This document shows, in pieces, positions 21,803 through 34,059 of a stretch of 64,000 nucleotides of DNA. Every line of letters starts with the position of its first letter. Positions within the stretch are counted from its first letter, which is position 1. Made by a program: the position numbers and the translations under genes. The notes under the pieces were generated by a model that ran no database searches, had not been told where the DNA came from, and saw only the letters and a list, made by a program, of their open reading frames with translations. Source of the DNA: Alloascoidea hylecoeti (taxonomy: Eukaryota); contig BCKZ01000033.1 in the NCBI GenBank assembly GCA_001600815.1, positions 62,001 through 126,000 of the forward strand, given 5' to 3'.

Positions 21803-24139
21803 ATGCCTTTCTCACAGCCTTCGTCGCACATCGACGGCAAGAAGAAAAGCATCGGTCTTGGTCACAGGTCTCTGGGGAAGTTTCTGTTACCTTCTTCCCG
21901 TTCCTCCTCCTCATCTTCTCTTGACGATCTCCTCCATAATGAAAATAACCACGCATCTTCCCCTTCTGGTGGAATTGCAAATGGAATTACAAGTACTGCT
22001 TCATCCAGAACTCCTTCAATATCATCCCCGGAGGCTGACTCTCATTCTCTGAAATCATCGAGATCCGTAGAAAGAATATCATTATTTGGTCATAAACACA
22101 GAAATAAGTCCAAATCTAAATTGTTTTCTACTGATTCAGCCTCCCCAACAAGAGAAAGAAAATCATTTTTTGGTACTAGTAAAAAGGATAAGGATCATAC
22201 TGGAAGACCTGAATTAGAAAGATCAAAACCTTCAATGACCGAATTAAAACGATTCTTTAAACCTACAAGACGGCTAAATAATCAAATATCTTCTTCTGTC
22301 TTCGATTCTGATGAAAATCTACTAACTACTCCTGCCCATTCTAGAACAAATGAAGAACCTTTTTCTCCTACAGGTTCACGCTTCTTAGGGGCGGCAATGA
22401 CACCAGGTGAGGCTCTCACTAGTAGAAAATCACAGGCTGCATTGCATAAACTAATGGACCAAAATTCAAGTCTAGAATCACGATATGGTAAACTAGGTAA
22501 AGTTCTTGGTTCGGGTGCCGGTGGCTCGGTATTTATCATTAAAAGACCAGAAGATAATAAAATGTTTGCTGTTAAAGAATTTAGAGCTCGACACAAGAAT
22601 GAAAGTGAAAAAAATTATACTAAAAAAGTTAATGCTGAATTTTGTATTGGTAGTACTTTACATCATGTTAATGTTATCCAAACTGTTGATATAATACATC
22701 ATGAAGAACATGGTCAACATCGTTATTTTGAAGTTATGGAATATGGTCCTTATGATTTTTTCACAATTGTAATGTCTGGTTTAATGTCTCGCCCTGAGAT
22801 TAGTTGTTATTTTAAACAAATTTTAGGTGGAGTGTCTTATTTACATTCAGTTGGCTTAGCTCATCGAGATTTAAAACTTGATAATTGTGTTGTAACAGAT
22901 CAAGGTATTTTAAAACTTATTGATTTTGGTTCTGCTACTGTTTTTAAATATCCAAGTTCAACAAATACCTTATTAAGCCATGGTGTAGTTGGTTCTGATC
23001 CTTATTTGGCACCAGAAGTTTTAAATGGTGGTACTTATGATCCTCAAAAGACTGATATTTGGTCTGTTGCAATAATGTTTTGTTGTATGTCTTTAAATAG
23101 ATTTCCTTGGAAAATACCAAAGTTAAGTGATAATTCTTTTAAATTATTTTGTCAAACTGATAATAGTGAATCAAAGGATGATAAAGTTAGTGAAATCAAG
23201 TCATCCAAATCAAAAGAATCAAAGGAACCTAAAATTCAAGTGGAAGGAAAAGAAGTTCAAGATAAAAATACACAACAACAGGGTGCAACTACTGATGGAT
23301 CTGTAATGACGCCTAATGTTTCTACGCAAACCCTAGTTAATGACCCTCCAACAACAACAACTGCAACTGCTACAACAACTCAAAAATCGACTGCTCCAAA
23401 ACCCTCCAATTCTTCTACCTCTTCAGGTCATGGTTCTTCACATAAGACTATTACTGGACCTAATAGGCTACTTCGATTACTACCTTCTGGATCCCGTAAC
23501 ATTATTGGTCTTATGCTTGAATTAGATCCACGTAAACGAGCTTCTCTTACTGATATTTGGGGAGATGCTTTCATCCAAGGCATAGATATGTGCACAGTTG
23601 AAGCCAATGGTGATTTCCATCATGCATCAGATCATGAACATCATTTAGTTAATGAGGCTGATGTAGAAAGACTTAATAAAGAAAGAAAAGAACGAAAAAT
23701 CCAAGAAAGAGAAAAAGAACGTGAGAAAAAAGAAAGAGAAAAAATTAAAGCAGAAAGAGAAAAAGCAATGAAAGAACAATTAGAATTAGAAAAAGAATTA
23801 GAAGCAATTACAACTGATGTTACTAATTTTAAAGAAGTATCAACAAAATTAAGCCAAACTAGTTCAAGTGTTTTGGAGTTTAATATAGATCCAACAAAAC
23901 AAGTTGAAATTTCTAAAAAAGAGAATGAAAAAGTAATGGTCGATGATAATCAAAAGGATGTTACTGAATCTACTACTGAACTTGGATCTGGAGTTGATGC
24001 AGAATCTACAACTGAACTTGGATCTCCTGATGCTTCTAAAGGTGAATCTAACAAGTCCACATCAATTGATGAAAATGCCGCAAAAGAGGAAAAGGCTGAA
24101 CATAATGATGATAATGGAACAGAAAAAACCATTGCATAG
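21803..24139 (+). CDS. HRK1: HAL/NPR-family Ser/Thr kinase, Hrk1/Rtk1-like
   Basis: LGSGAGGSV, AVKEFR, AEFCIGSTLHH, HRDLKLDN, IDFGSA, GSDPYLAPE. First in-frame ATG at 21803. Confidence 0.85.
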   Translation: MPFSQPSSHIDGKKKSIGLGHRSLGKFLLPSSRSSSSSSLDDLLHNENNHASSPSGGIANGITSTASSRTPSISSPEADSHSLKSSRSVERISLFGHKHRNKSKSKLFSTDSASPTRERKSFFGTSKKDKDHTGRPELERSKPSMTELKRFFKPTRRLNNQISSSVFDSDENLLTTPAHSRTNEEPFSPTGSRFLGAAMTPGEALTSRKSQAALHKLMDQNSSLESRYGKLGKVLGSGAGGSVFIIKRPEDNKMFAVKEFRARHKNESEKNYTKKVNAEFCIGSTLHHVNVIQTVDIIHHEEHGQHRYFEVMEYGPYDFFTIVMSGLMSRPEISCYFKQILGGVSYLHSVGLAHRDLKLDNCVVTDQGILKLIDFGSATVFKYPSSTNTLLSHGVVGSDPYLAPEVLNGGTYDPQKTDIWSVAIMFCCMSLNRFPWKIPKLSDNSFKLFCQTDNSESKDDKVSEIKSSKSKESKEPKIQVEGKEVQDKNTQQQGATTDGSVMTPNVSTQTLVNDPPTTTTATATTTQKSTAPKPSNSSTSSGHGSSHKTITGPNRLLRLLPSGSRNIIGLMLELDPRKRASLTDIWGDAFIQGIDMCTVEANGDFHHASDHEHHLVNEADVERLNKERKERKIQEREKEREKKEREKIKAEREKAMKEQLELEKELEAITTDVTNFKEVSTKLSQTSSSVLEFNIDPTKQVEISKKENEKVMVDDNQKDVTESTTELGSGVDAESTTELGSPDASKGESNKSTSIDENAAKEEKAEHNDDNGTEKTIA

Positions 24140-25236
24140 CTTCATATTTGATAAAAAGTGATTGATGTTAATTAAGCTGGTGAAGTGAAATCTAGTGTGT
24201 GGTCTGATTGAGTTATCATATGAGTACTCATCTTTTTATGATATCTTCTAAAAAAGAACACTTATGAAAATCTTTCTTATGATCCACATTGACTTTATTG
24301 TAGATATAATGATGAATTTGAATTGAAATAAATTTTTATGGCTTAAATTTTCAAATTGTTTTATTTCCTTTAATTAATTTGATTGAAGGAATCTTTTTTT
24401 TTTCTTTAATTCTAAATTGTTAATATTCATAAATTATTAACATTCAAAAGCAATACATATTAGAAAATGATGAAGAGTAGCTTTAATCGGTATATATGAT
24501 TACTCAGATTTGGTATAGATCTAGAAGCTTAATTAACAATAATTGGCTGTTATAGTTATAAGTCATGAGATTATCATAATTAGCTATAGAATTAATCATA
24601 TATAATGCATTCTCTTTTTTCAATTCCCAGTTGCAAATTAAAATGGGTTAATGTTATATATGTAGCTGGTTGATTATGATATGAATTGTTATAACTATAG
24701 CTATACTTATAATTCATTTTTCTTCCGATTACATGTTGCAATTGGGAGGGATAATTATCAATCAAACAACCCTTAAGCTTTTCCGATGGTGTTTACGGTC
24801 GCGGAGAATTTGATTCTTCTTTGATTGAAACCATATCTTTTTCCATCTCTTTAGCCAAGGCCCAAACAAGTTAAACTTCTTAATTGTTTAAGCTTAGTCA
24901 ACCTCTAACGCAGTATGGTTATATTTTTTAAATTTTTAAATCTCAAACAATTATGAACACGACATTCTCAAATGAAATATAATGTCTCAACTTCAAATAT
25001 GCCCAAAGCTGCAGGGTCCAAATAAATACCATGGTAAAGTCAACCCAATTGCGATATTAGAGCACGTTTCAAAAAACAAGAGCTTATTGCTGGCAATCCT
25101 GTGTAATTTATTACAGGTGACTGAGGTGAGACAGTTTAAGATTATGTATGCGGATTATATCAAATTATATTTAAACCTTTAAATCTCCGGTTTTGCCTTT
25201 TTTTCAAATAGTGTAACTACTCTCATACGTCTTAAC

Positions 25237-25668
25237 ATGCAACTCTTCTCCCCAAATCTTCTCAAAATCTATGTTGGATTCATCACTCTTCTTGCTGCTA
25301 AGGTTGTTGCAGAGGCGGAGCCTGCTGTTGTAATAGTCACACAAACCGAAACTGCTGTTACCTCCGCTGTTGTTGCAACAGTTGTTGTTACAGCCGATGT
25401 TGTTACTCAAACACTTACTCGACATGTCCATCATGCCCATTCTGCCGATTCAGATGTTACTTCTACAACAACAATTACATCCACTGTTTCAACGGATGCT
25501 ACTATTGAATCTACTGTTACAAGTTATATCACCGAAGCCGCCGCTGAAACCACTACAGCACCTGCAATAACTGAAAATAATAAAGATGTGGTTGTTAACA
25601 CTGTTGTTAATACCGTTGTTAATACCGTCGTGAATACTGTTATTAATACTGTTGTTGTTATTGCTTAA
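25237..25668 (+). CDS. Small secreted Thr/Val-rich protein, probably cell-wall associated
   Basis: Hydrophobic N-terminus ending AEAEP, T/V-rich body, C-terminal VVNT repeats. Confidence 0.6.
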   Translation: MQLFSPNLLKIYVGFITLLAAKVVAEAEPAVVIVTQTETAVTSAVVATVVVTADVVTQTLTRHVHHAHSADSDVTSTTTITSTVSTDATIESTVTSYITEAAAETTTAPAITENNKDVVVNTVVNTVVNTVVNTVINTVVVIA

Positions 25669-25989
25669 ATTTAAATATTGAATAGAAAAGATGAATGACT
25701 ATTTTTTTTCTAACTAATAAAATGCTGATATTTTCACAATACATCAAACGATTAATTTAAAAAGAGATAAATAATCTTGTGCTTATAATATTGAAATATA
25801 TGTTTCATCAATATCTTCTTTTTTATGCAATATTTGATGGAATAACTTCTTCCATCTTGTTTGACTCTAAGCTCCCAGTTATCTCCCTCGAACCTGATGA
25901 TCGGATGCTGTCAATATATTATGGGAGAATTAATGTTCTATTAAAGGTTTAGGATAAATTTTTTTGATAGATTTAGCTATTTACATTAC

Positions 25990-27190
25990 CCAGATTGTTA
26001 GACCTGCTTCTAACTTATATCATCTAACACTAGATTAACTACATCCTTATCCAATGGAATTGACCCATCGTAAGCTAAGATGTAATTACTCTCAATCCAG
26101 ATTTAAGTTTCGACAAACGCTCAACTTTAGATTGATAAAGTGTCAAATTAGTTAACTTGGACGTCAGTTGATCACTAATAGTACACAAAGGTTCTGCAAT
26201 TGGTTTTAGTAATTCTAACATTTTACTGATCAAGGAAAAAAATCGTCCAATCAGATATGAAACAGTGGATTGACCTTGTAGACCTTAATCGGTTTTTAAG
26301 GAAATTTTTTCGTACCCTTTTGGGCAATTTCCAACGATCAGTTAAAAATACCGTTTCTAGAGAATACTTTACACTCAGCAATTTTTTATAAAATGGTTTT
26401 AATGTATCACCCATCAATTCTTTATAGTTATAAGTGTTTGCCCAATAATCCCCCAGCCTAATTTCACAATCAAACCAAAAGGGAATACATAAGCTCATTA
26501 CGGGGTTATTAACAATTAAAGATTGGGAATATTCTAACCTTTAAACTCATTATAGATACTTTTAATGAGTTAATTTTATTTTGTTTTGATAATGATATTG
26601 CTTCTTCTTTGTGATCAGGTATTTGTGAAAGCAGATTCACTGAAGTCGAAGAAATTATTTTCATTTTTAAATTTAATGATCTGCCGATAAATGGTAACAA
26701 AGTATTATCAATGTGAGCAATATTAAATGAATTTTCAAGAACAATTAGAGTTTCAGCACAATGATCACAATTGGCAAAAATATTAAGATATATTTCATCT
26801 TTTACATCATATCCACTTTCGGCAGCCTTCTTAATATCATTTTTAAGTATGGTTTTCATTACATTAATTTTGTTTTTATTAGTATAATTGTTTCAATGTT
26901 ATAAGGTCTCAGTTCATTGTTAATGTTATCAAGCATTCTTGTAAGTATTGAAATGTAGAGTACTGGACGGTTACATGATCGTCCATTCTAGCAAATATAA
27001 GGATTTCGGATGATACCAAGAGAATTTCATCAAATAATATATTTGTCTTATTAAATGGTAGAATTTTTGACTCTGATTCTTCTTGGTTGTTTATTTGTGA
27101 TTGTGTATCACTTAAATTTGAAAATTTAGACCGTTGCAAACCTTTTAGAATTGATTCTGTTGCCTTATAATATTGATAAATATACCGATA
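25990..27190 (-). pseudogene. DUF2408 copy 2, frameshifted and 5'-truncated
   Basis: Three broken ORFs (26909-27139, 26509-26859, 26223-26498) collinear with copy 3 (IDNTLLPFI, PDHKEE, LKPFYKKLLSVKYSLET). LAYDGSIPL at about 26050. Confidence 0.85.
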
Positions 27191-28212
27191 GAAACGGGAT
27201 AGAAGGTTTTTTTTAAAATTTTTTAGAAAATTAGCGCCTACTATATCGCTAATTAATTTTCGGGCCTAGTCTTTCACATAATTAATATTGAATAAACGTT
27301 ATAGCTGTAATTATTATACGATCGATACATATTATTTATTATCTACAATATTAATAGCTGCATTCAATTTTGGACATATGAATTATTATAAAATACATCT
27401 GACGAGTCAGTGACGACATAAGGATTAATAGTTAGGGTACATATCTTACAATCAACCATTTAGTTCTGAATTGATTCGTTTTTTTTTTTTTTCACTTCTA
27501 AACTTATACTTTTCTGCATCATTTATTGTGGTGATTCACACTGTTTTCACAGGTTACGCTTACAAAGCTTACCTGACTAACTATTATAATAGTATAAGTC
27601 AGTATAGTTTGTAGTACTGTTGTAATTAGTTTCATTATTATGACGAGCTCAAACACAAACGACGTTAGCTTTGCCTGCAAGCAGTGCATATTACGGTTTT
27701 GGGGCTGTGCATTAAAGCCAATGTCGTTTTTGGAAACATTCAAATTACGCCAGAAGAATAATATTACAAACTATATAATAAATTTTCAATTTAAATATAA
27801 TCTTTCGATATCCTTTGTAAAAATATTCACCTTTTTATATAGTCTGCCTTTCCTCACAAGGTAGAAGTATAATGCCAGGTAATGATGGTAATTGTTCAAC
27901 AACTTCAATTGTTCCAACAATGACGGAAGTTAATTTAAGATCACCAATAGTAGGAAGCGCGTCTAATAGACCTCCATCTGTTAATTGAGGTTTACGGGGA
28001 AAAGTTACAATAAGATCATATCCATGTCGGATGAAAAATTTTGTGACAAATAGAGTTATCAAATAAGATTTAATGAATAACTAATTCCAAAACACCTTTA
28101 TAACTAAATAGTTTATGTATTCCTACTTACTTATAACATTAATCGAAATTCATCAAAATTTATTATATCTCATATAACAAATCAAGTTATCTGAAAACGT
28201 AAATACGATCAA

Positions 28213-28740
28213 ATGGTTGATACTAGTATCACCAATAGAGGAACTACAAATAGCATTCTTCCACAATTTGAGGATTTAATATCCAACGTTGATGAATTCA
28301 AAGCTGATATTAAATCAGACATTAAAAGGATGGAAGATAAGCTCTTTGAATTATCTAATAAGTTTGATAAGCTGGTGGATATGTTTACAACATCTGCAAT
28401 CGCTGGCAAAGATCTAGTGATTGATAATGAAAGTTTAAATACTATTAAACCGAAATTGTCTTAAATTTGAAGACAGATGATTTTAATAAACTGTTTTCAT
28501 TAGACCTTGAAAAAGATTACATATCTTTTGAGACTTTTATCTTCCTTATATTTCAATATAAAATTAATTGAAATCGGTCACTATTTAGGAGAAAAAGTAA
28601 TGAAGATTCAAAATACAATCCAGGTAGGTCATTTAGGCAATTGCAAAAATATCGTAAAGTTGGTTAAGAAAGAATGTCACATAGATAACATTCTGAATCA
28701 ACTGGTTTTACTTCGTTGACTGAATATTCTATCAAAGGTC
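28213..28740 (+). pseudogene. Degenerate coiled-coil plus possible GCR1_C-like gene
   Basis: 83-aa coiled-coil ORF followed by frame-broken FRRKSNEDSKY and IVKLVKKECHIDNILNQLVLLR. Architecture similar to the 6276 locus. Confidence 0.35.
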
Positions 28741-29139
28741 TTGATAGTAAATTAATTACTATTTAATATCGAGGTTGATCTTGTTTTTATGTTTCAGGTT
28801 TTTAATTGTTTTTTTTTTTCTAAAAAAATAAAAATATAGAAGGAATTATTGATTTATTGAGCCATTATTGGCAAGTAATAGGTATTAGAAAAAGTTTTAT
28901 ATAAATCTAAATAGGTTATCGAAAGTTTACTATTTGTGTATTGTTAGTATTTCTACTAGTCAAGTTCCCACTGCTCACTAACCAATCCTTAACAAGGGGA
29001 CGCTGTCATTTCGCCCGCATAAGGTGCTAATTCATGCAATTCTTTTGAGTACTACTAACCTTATTGATTAATTTGAAATATATTTATATTTTGCAATTGT
29101 TAAAGTAAAATTTAAATATATTTATTGATGATTTAATAT

Positions 29140-30684
29140 TTATTCAAACGACGGCTGTGTTGTTAAACTCTCGATTAATATCCCAGCTTCTTGGTCATCT
29201 TTTACTGGTCTTCTGTTTAATTCCATTTCTATATCATGATGAATATGAAAACAATCATCTAATACCGCACTAACTACTTCCTGACCTAACGGAATTGATT
29301 TATCGGAAGATAAGAAATAACCATCTTCTTTACTGTTGTAAATTTTTTGCAATACAGATGTAAAATCGGATAGATGCTTTTTTTTAGTTTCATGTTCTAT
29401 AAAAATCGGAGAACTTTTAAAAGTAGTTAAGATTTTCCTCACTAACGTCAGTTGATTATAAATAGGACTCAAAGATTCTGCAACTGGTTTATTTGATTCT
29501 AATATTTTACTAATCAAGGAAAAACATCGTCCAAACAGATGAAAAACAGTAGCTTGACCTTCTAGACGCTGCTTTGTGGTACCCCAATCGGTTCTTAATG
29601 TATAAAGTTTTCGTACCCTTTTTTGATAGGAAATCAAATCGGTGAACTTTTTTTTAGACAATTTCCAACGAACATCTATAAAAGATGTTTCTAGAGAATA
29701 TTTTATACTCACCAATTCTCTGTATAACGGTTTCAATGCATCATTCATCGCTTCTTTATAATTATAATTGTTTATATAAAAATCGGAAAAAATCATTTCA
29801 CATTCTTCCAAAAGGGATAATATTAGTGTATCACCTCGTAATGTGGAATCTGGAGAACCAAGAATGTTGAATATTCTACTCTTTAAGCTCATCATAGATG
29901 CTTTTAATGATCGAACTTCATTTTTCAATGACAATGATATTATTTCTTCTTTGTGATCAGGTGTTTGTGATGGGGGTTGAATCCTTTTTTGTGGAAGCAG
30001 ATTCACTGACATTAAAAAAAAAGTAGTTATTTCCATTTTTAAATTTAATAAGGAGTCGATAAATGGTAACAAAGTATTATCAATCTGGAGTATTGGAATA
30101 TTAAATGAGTTTTCAACTAAAGTTAGAGCTTGAGCACAATTTTCATATTTGGCAAATATCAGACGATGAATATCACCTTGTACATTGTTTTCATTTTCAG
30201 GAGCCTTTTTATTACCATCATAAATTATGGATTTTATTTTAGTAAGTTTGAATTTTATTGGCATAATTGTTTCAATTTTATAATTTCTCGGGTCGTTATG
30301 AATGTTATCAAGCATTCTTTTAAGTATTGAAATGGTAGAGTACTGGGCGGTTACACGATTGTTCAATCCAGCAAATATAAGGAGTTCGGATAATAAAAGG
30401 AGGATATCATCAATTATTAATACAGACTTAATATTTGGTATTTCATCCGGACTTGATTCATTTTGTTTTTCTTTCTTCTTCTCCGTCTTTCTTGTTTTTG
30501 TTTGTGGTTCTGTATTATTTGAATTTGGATTTATAGAGTGTTTTAAATCTCTCATAATTGTTTGCGTTTCGTTACAATATTGATAAATATCTGTTACCCT
30601 AATAGGACCTAATTGTAAAATATCAGTGAGGTTACTTCTAATTTCAGATAACTTCTCGCACGCTTCTGATTCGTAATCAGACAT
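29140..30684 (-). CDS. DUF2408/Cub1-like protein, copy 3, 514 aa
   Basis: SDYESEACEKLSEIRS, LKPLYRELVSIKYSLE, GQATVFHLFGRCFSLISKILESNKPVAESLSPIYNQL, SIPLGQEVVSAVLDDC. Confidence 0.85.
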   Translation of the reverse strand: MSDYESEACEKLSEIRSNLTDILQLGPIRVTDIYQYCNETQTIMRDLKHSINPNSNNTEPQTKTRKTEKKKEKQNESSPDEIPNIKSVLIIDDILLLLSELLIFAGLNNRVTAQYSTISILKRMLDNIHNDPRNYKIETIMPIKFKLTKIKSIIYDGNKKAPENENNVQGDIHRLIFAKYENCAQALTLVENSFNIPILQIDNTLLPFIDSLLNLKMEITTFFLMSVNLLPQKRIQPPSQTPDHKEEIISLSLKNEVRSLKASMMSLKSRIFNILGSPDSTLRGDTLILSLLEECEMIFSDFYINNYNYKEAMNDALKPLYRELVSIKYSLETSFIDVRWKLSKKKFTDLISYQKRVRKLYTLRTDWGTTKQRLEGQATVFHLFGRCFSLISKILESNKPVAESLSPIYNQLTLVRKILTTFKSSPIFIEHETKKKHLSDFTSVLQKIYNSKEDGYFLSSDKSIPLGQEVVSAVLDDCFHIHHDIEMELNRRPVKDDQEAGILIESLTTQPSFE

Positions 30685-31019
30685 TGTGATGGTTATAACC
30701 CTAGATAGGGTTTTAAATTTTGCTTTTGTGATATCGAAAGTATAAGAAGAAGAGTAGAAATTTATAGTGCAATTGATATATATTTATAAGATAATTAATA
30801 TTAAGAAAGTTTAAAATGCTCACAACTAATATATTATATATTAATCAGTCATTCTTCCTGGCAATTGAAATTGATGTTGAATTTTATTCCTTTCATTCCT
30901 ATTATGTATAAGATTTTAGATTTTATATGCAAAATCATATATCAATAGAGGAAGCTGATTTAGTTGCAAAAAATAAGTATAGTAATAGTGAACACTTTAA
31001 CAATACAGCATATTAAATT

Positions 31020-31445
31020 GTACTCGTGAGATAAGGGTCTGGGGTTACCCTACAAACACTTGGTTACACTTATATTGAAAAAGAAGACAATTACAGTGAC
31101 TGTTTGACGAAACGATTACCTCCAATACAAAAATCATCATGTTCTACGTTTAACTTACTTCATTAATTCCTTCACCAGTTACATCCACATCATCTCCAAC
31201 TTCTACATCAGCAATCAGTTAATTCACTTTCTTGCTATGAGGGTTGACTACTATGACATAATATACTATAGCTAAATCAATTCAGCCCTATTTCAAATAG
31301 ATAGCTTATATAAAAAGAGATAATATCGTTTAATATACATTATCTCATTTTCCCATCATATTTTTTATCTTGTATTTAGACCAAGAGAATTGTGTAGTAT
31401 TCCAAAACTTTAATTATAATAATACCACAGTTTATCCACTTTTAT
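31020..31445 (+). mobile_element. Possible Ty1/copia remnant: RNase H C-terminus plus decayed 3' LTR
   Basis: 31047-31166 translates TLQTLGYTYIEKEDNYSDCLTKRLPP, like the copia Y(I/V)xxxDNxADxLTKxL motif. A short purine run gaggg near 31240 precedes a ~200-bp TATA-containing segment. Confidence 0.45.
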
Positions 31446-32550
31446 GCAATTGGAGTTATAAGTTGTTTTGAGCTGGAGAAAGATAAATATTTATTATTAG
31501 TGATAAGGTTAGCTGATTAAAAATTAAATAGAATTGGGGTGGAAAGTTTTGTTTAAACATGTTGACATATTTGGGAAAATTACCGCTTACTTTTTTTTAT
31601 CGCTAATTAATTTCTTGACCTTTCACGAATATATAATATTTCACTAATAGCTATATATAGCACTTTGAATAGATGGAAGGCTGCATTCAATTTTGAAAAA
31701 AATTGAAGACATATATGCATGCAATAAGCTTAAGGATTATTAGTTTTTTTTTTTAATTAATTACTTAATCTATATTATAGTTAAGTTTCATTGCATATAC
31801 CGAACTACATTCAAGCCTTTTTCATATAGCAGAAATAAATTCAAAAGTAGCTATTTTCATATGATCAAAAGCTTCCAGATATTCATTCTTTGATGAGGAG
31901 CAAGCAATGAACGTTTAAATAAGAATGATGTAAGGTCAGGCCAGTCTCAAAAATACTGTGAATAATTATGGTCGGTTTTGGTATGTTATCGTTTAAGGTT
32001 CTAGGAATTTGGGTTCTTATTCTGGAGTCGCTATATCATCTATAACTTTTAAGTCTCAATAACAAACGCAACGCGTAGATTTCTAGCTATAAACTGTGAG
32101 TTATCTTGCCCAAATCAACTACCATGATGAATCAACCACAATGAAAGAGACCTTAAATATTCAAGTCCTCATTGTATTTACATTCCAATAATAATAGCAG
32201 AAACTCTGACGAAGCGCTAAATTCATGAAGCGTACCATTAGAGGGACACTGGAGTACCATTTGGATTAATGTTAGTTTATATTTATTTTTTATTTTATTG
32301 CACAGTAATTCAACCCCTCATGGGACTGTATTAAATAATAGTTGTCCACACCTTCAACTTAAGTTTAAATTTCAAAAAGGGTGATGTCTGTGAAGTTAAG
32401 GAAAAAATGGCAGCCTCGAGCTGCAAATTCAACAACTAGACGTTATGTGGTGTGAAGTCCATACTTACAATAAGGTTAAATTATTAATTTCAACTAAACT
32501 TCTTACATGTGTGTCACAAAAGCAGAATTCAAAACATCATAATCTTCAAA

Positions 32551-34059
32551 ATGTCCGATTACGAGGCAATAATATGTAAAGGGCTTTCCAAGATTAGAGG
32601 TGATATCAAGGGGTTATTATTTTCAAAATTTATTACACCAAAAGATATTTAACAACATTGTAAGGAAACAGAATCAATTATGGAAGATTTTAATATTTAT
32701 ACAGATCAGAATCTTGGTTATACAAAGCGTCAATCGAAAAGAATAAGAAAAAGAAGAAGAAAGATTCTAGAGTGAATAGAAAAAAAATAAATACCAGGGG
32801 TGTGAATTTTTTGATTGATGACCTTCTCAATTTAATTTCCATAGCGTTTATATCCATTGGAATAAAAGATCATGTATTTTCTCAGTACTCTCTACTAACA
32901 ACAATTGAAAGATTACTTGATACAAAAGCTTATAATACAGAAACAATTATACCAATAAGATCCAAGCTTCTTGAAATACTAATCATACTTGATGGTTATT
33001 ATACTAAAAGGTCTGAAAATGACAGTGAACTTGAATATCTAGATGATGAAGGAGATGAGATATTTAGTTATATTGATACTAAATATTTTCATTGTGATAA
33101 AAAGTTAACTTCAATTGAAACACATTTAAATGAGACATCTATTACAAGCGGTACCATTGATGAGAGGTTATATCCTCTCCTAGAATCTTTATTAAATTTT
33201 AAAAAGAAAATAAATACTGTTTCTTTAATTTCAGTGTATGTGTGTACGCAGAAACTATTATCAAAAAACCCTCAAAAAGAGATAGAACTAGAAAATAGAA
33301 CCAACTTATTGAAAGCAGATATAGGAGGTTTAAGGCAGGGAATAATAAAAATTTAAAAATAAAGAACCCAAATTTGAAGATAAAGAACATGTTCTTTTCC
33401 TTTTCGATGAATGTGAAACTGATTTGGCCGATTTTCTTGCAAATAATTTTGACTATGAAGAACTAATGGATGATACATTAAAACCAATATATAACGAATT
33501 GTTGAAAATGAAGTATTCCATGAATATATTAATTTCAAGCCATCGTTGGGATATTCAAAAAAAAGCTAGTGGATTTGGTTTCTTTTCAGAAGAGCTTAAA
33601 AAAATTGATTCCTTAAGAAGTTATGGCGTTTTTTGTAATGACACAGGCGAACCTCTAAAAGGTCAATCTACTCTTTCATATCTGATTGGACGATGTTATT
33701 CTCTGATTTGTAAATTATTAGAGTTAAACGAACCGATTTCAGAGTTTTGGAATCTTTTTTATAATCAAGTGATGGAATTTAGGAGAATTTTAACTAATCT
33801 GAAACACTCTGAGTCGCTTATAACTACAGAAGATATAAATACAAGTCGATTTATAATGATGTAACTTTTGTCCAGTAAAAAGAGCAAAATGAACCCCATG
33901 GCTGATGATGGGTCGATTCCATTTGGTTATGGTCCAATTAATGCCATGTTAGATGAATGTTTTAATATCTATCAAGATTTAGAAATAAATTCAGCAAAAG
34001 ATGCAAGTAAGAAGGGGCCAATTTTGGGGAGATTAATTGGAAGCCTGGATACCGAATGA
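32551..34059 (+). pseudogene. DUF2408 copy 4, multiple stops and frameshifts
   Basis: ATG 32551 MSDYEAIICKGLSKIRG, TAA at codon 34, then fragments 32772-33356, 33424-33864 (KGQSTLSYLIGRCYSLICKLLE) and 33868-34059 (DGSIPFG...MLDECF). Confidence 0.85.

Noticed and set aside
27835..28062. 75-aa minus-strand ORF resembling a gene relic
   Set aside because: No ATG start and no family recognised.
32512..32521. GTCACAAAA (MSE-like) before DUF2408 copy 4
   Set aside because: Very close to the ATG of a pseudogene, imperfect in copy 3, and common by chance in AT-rich DNA.
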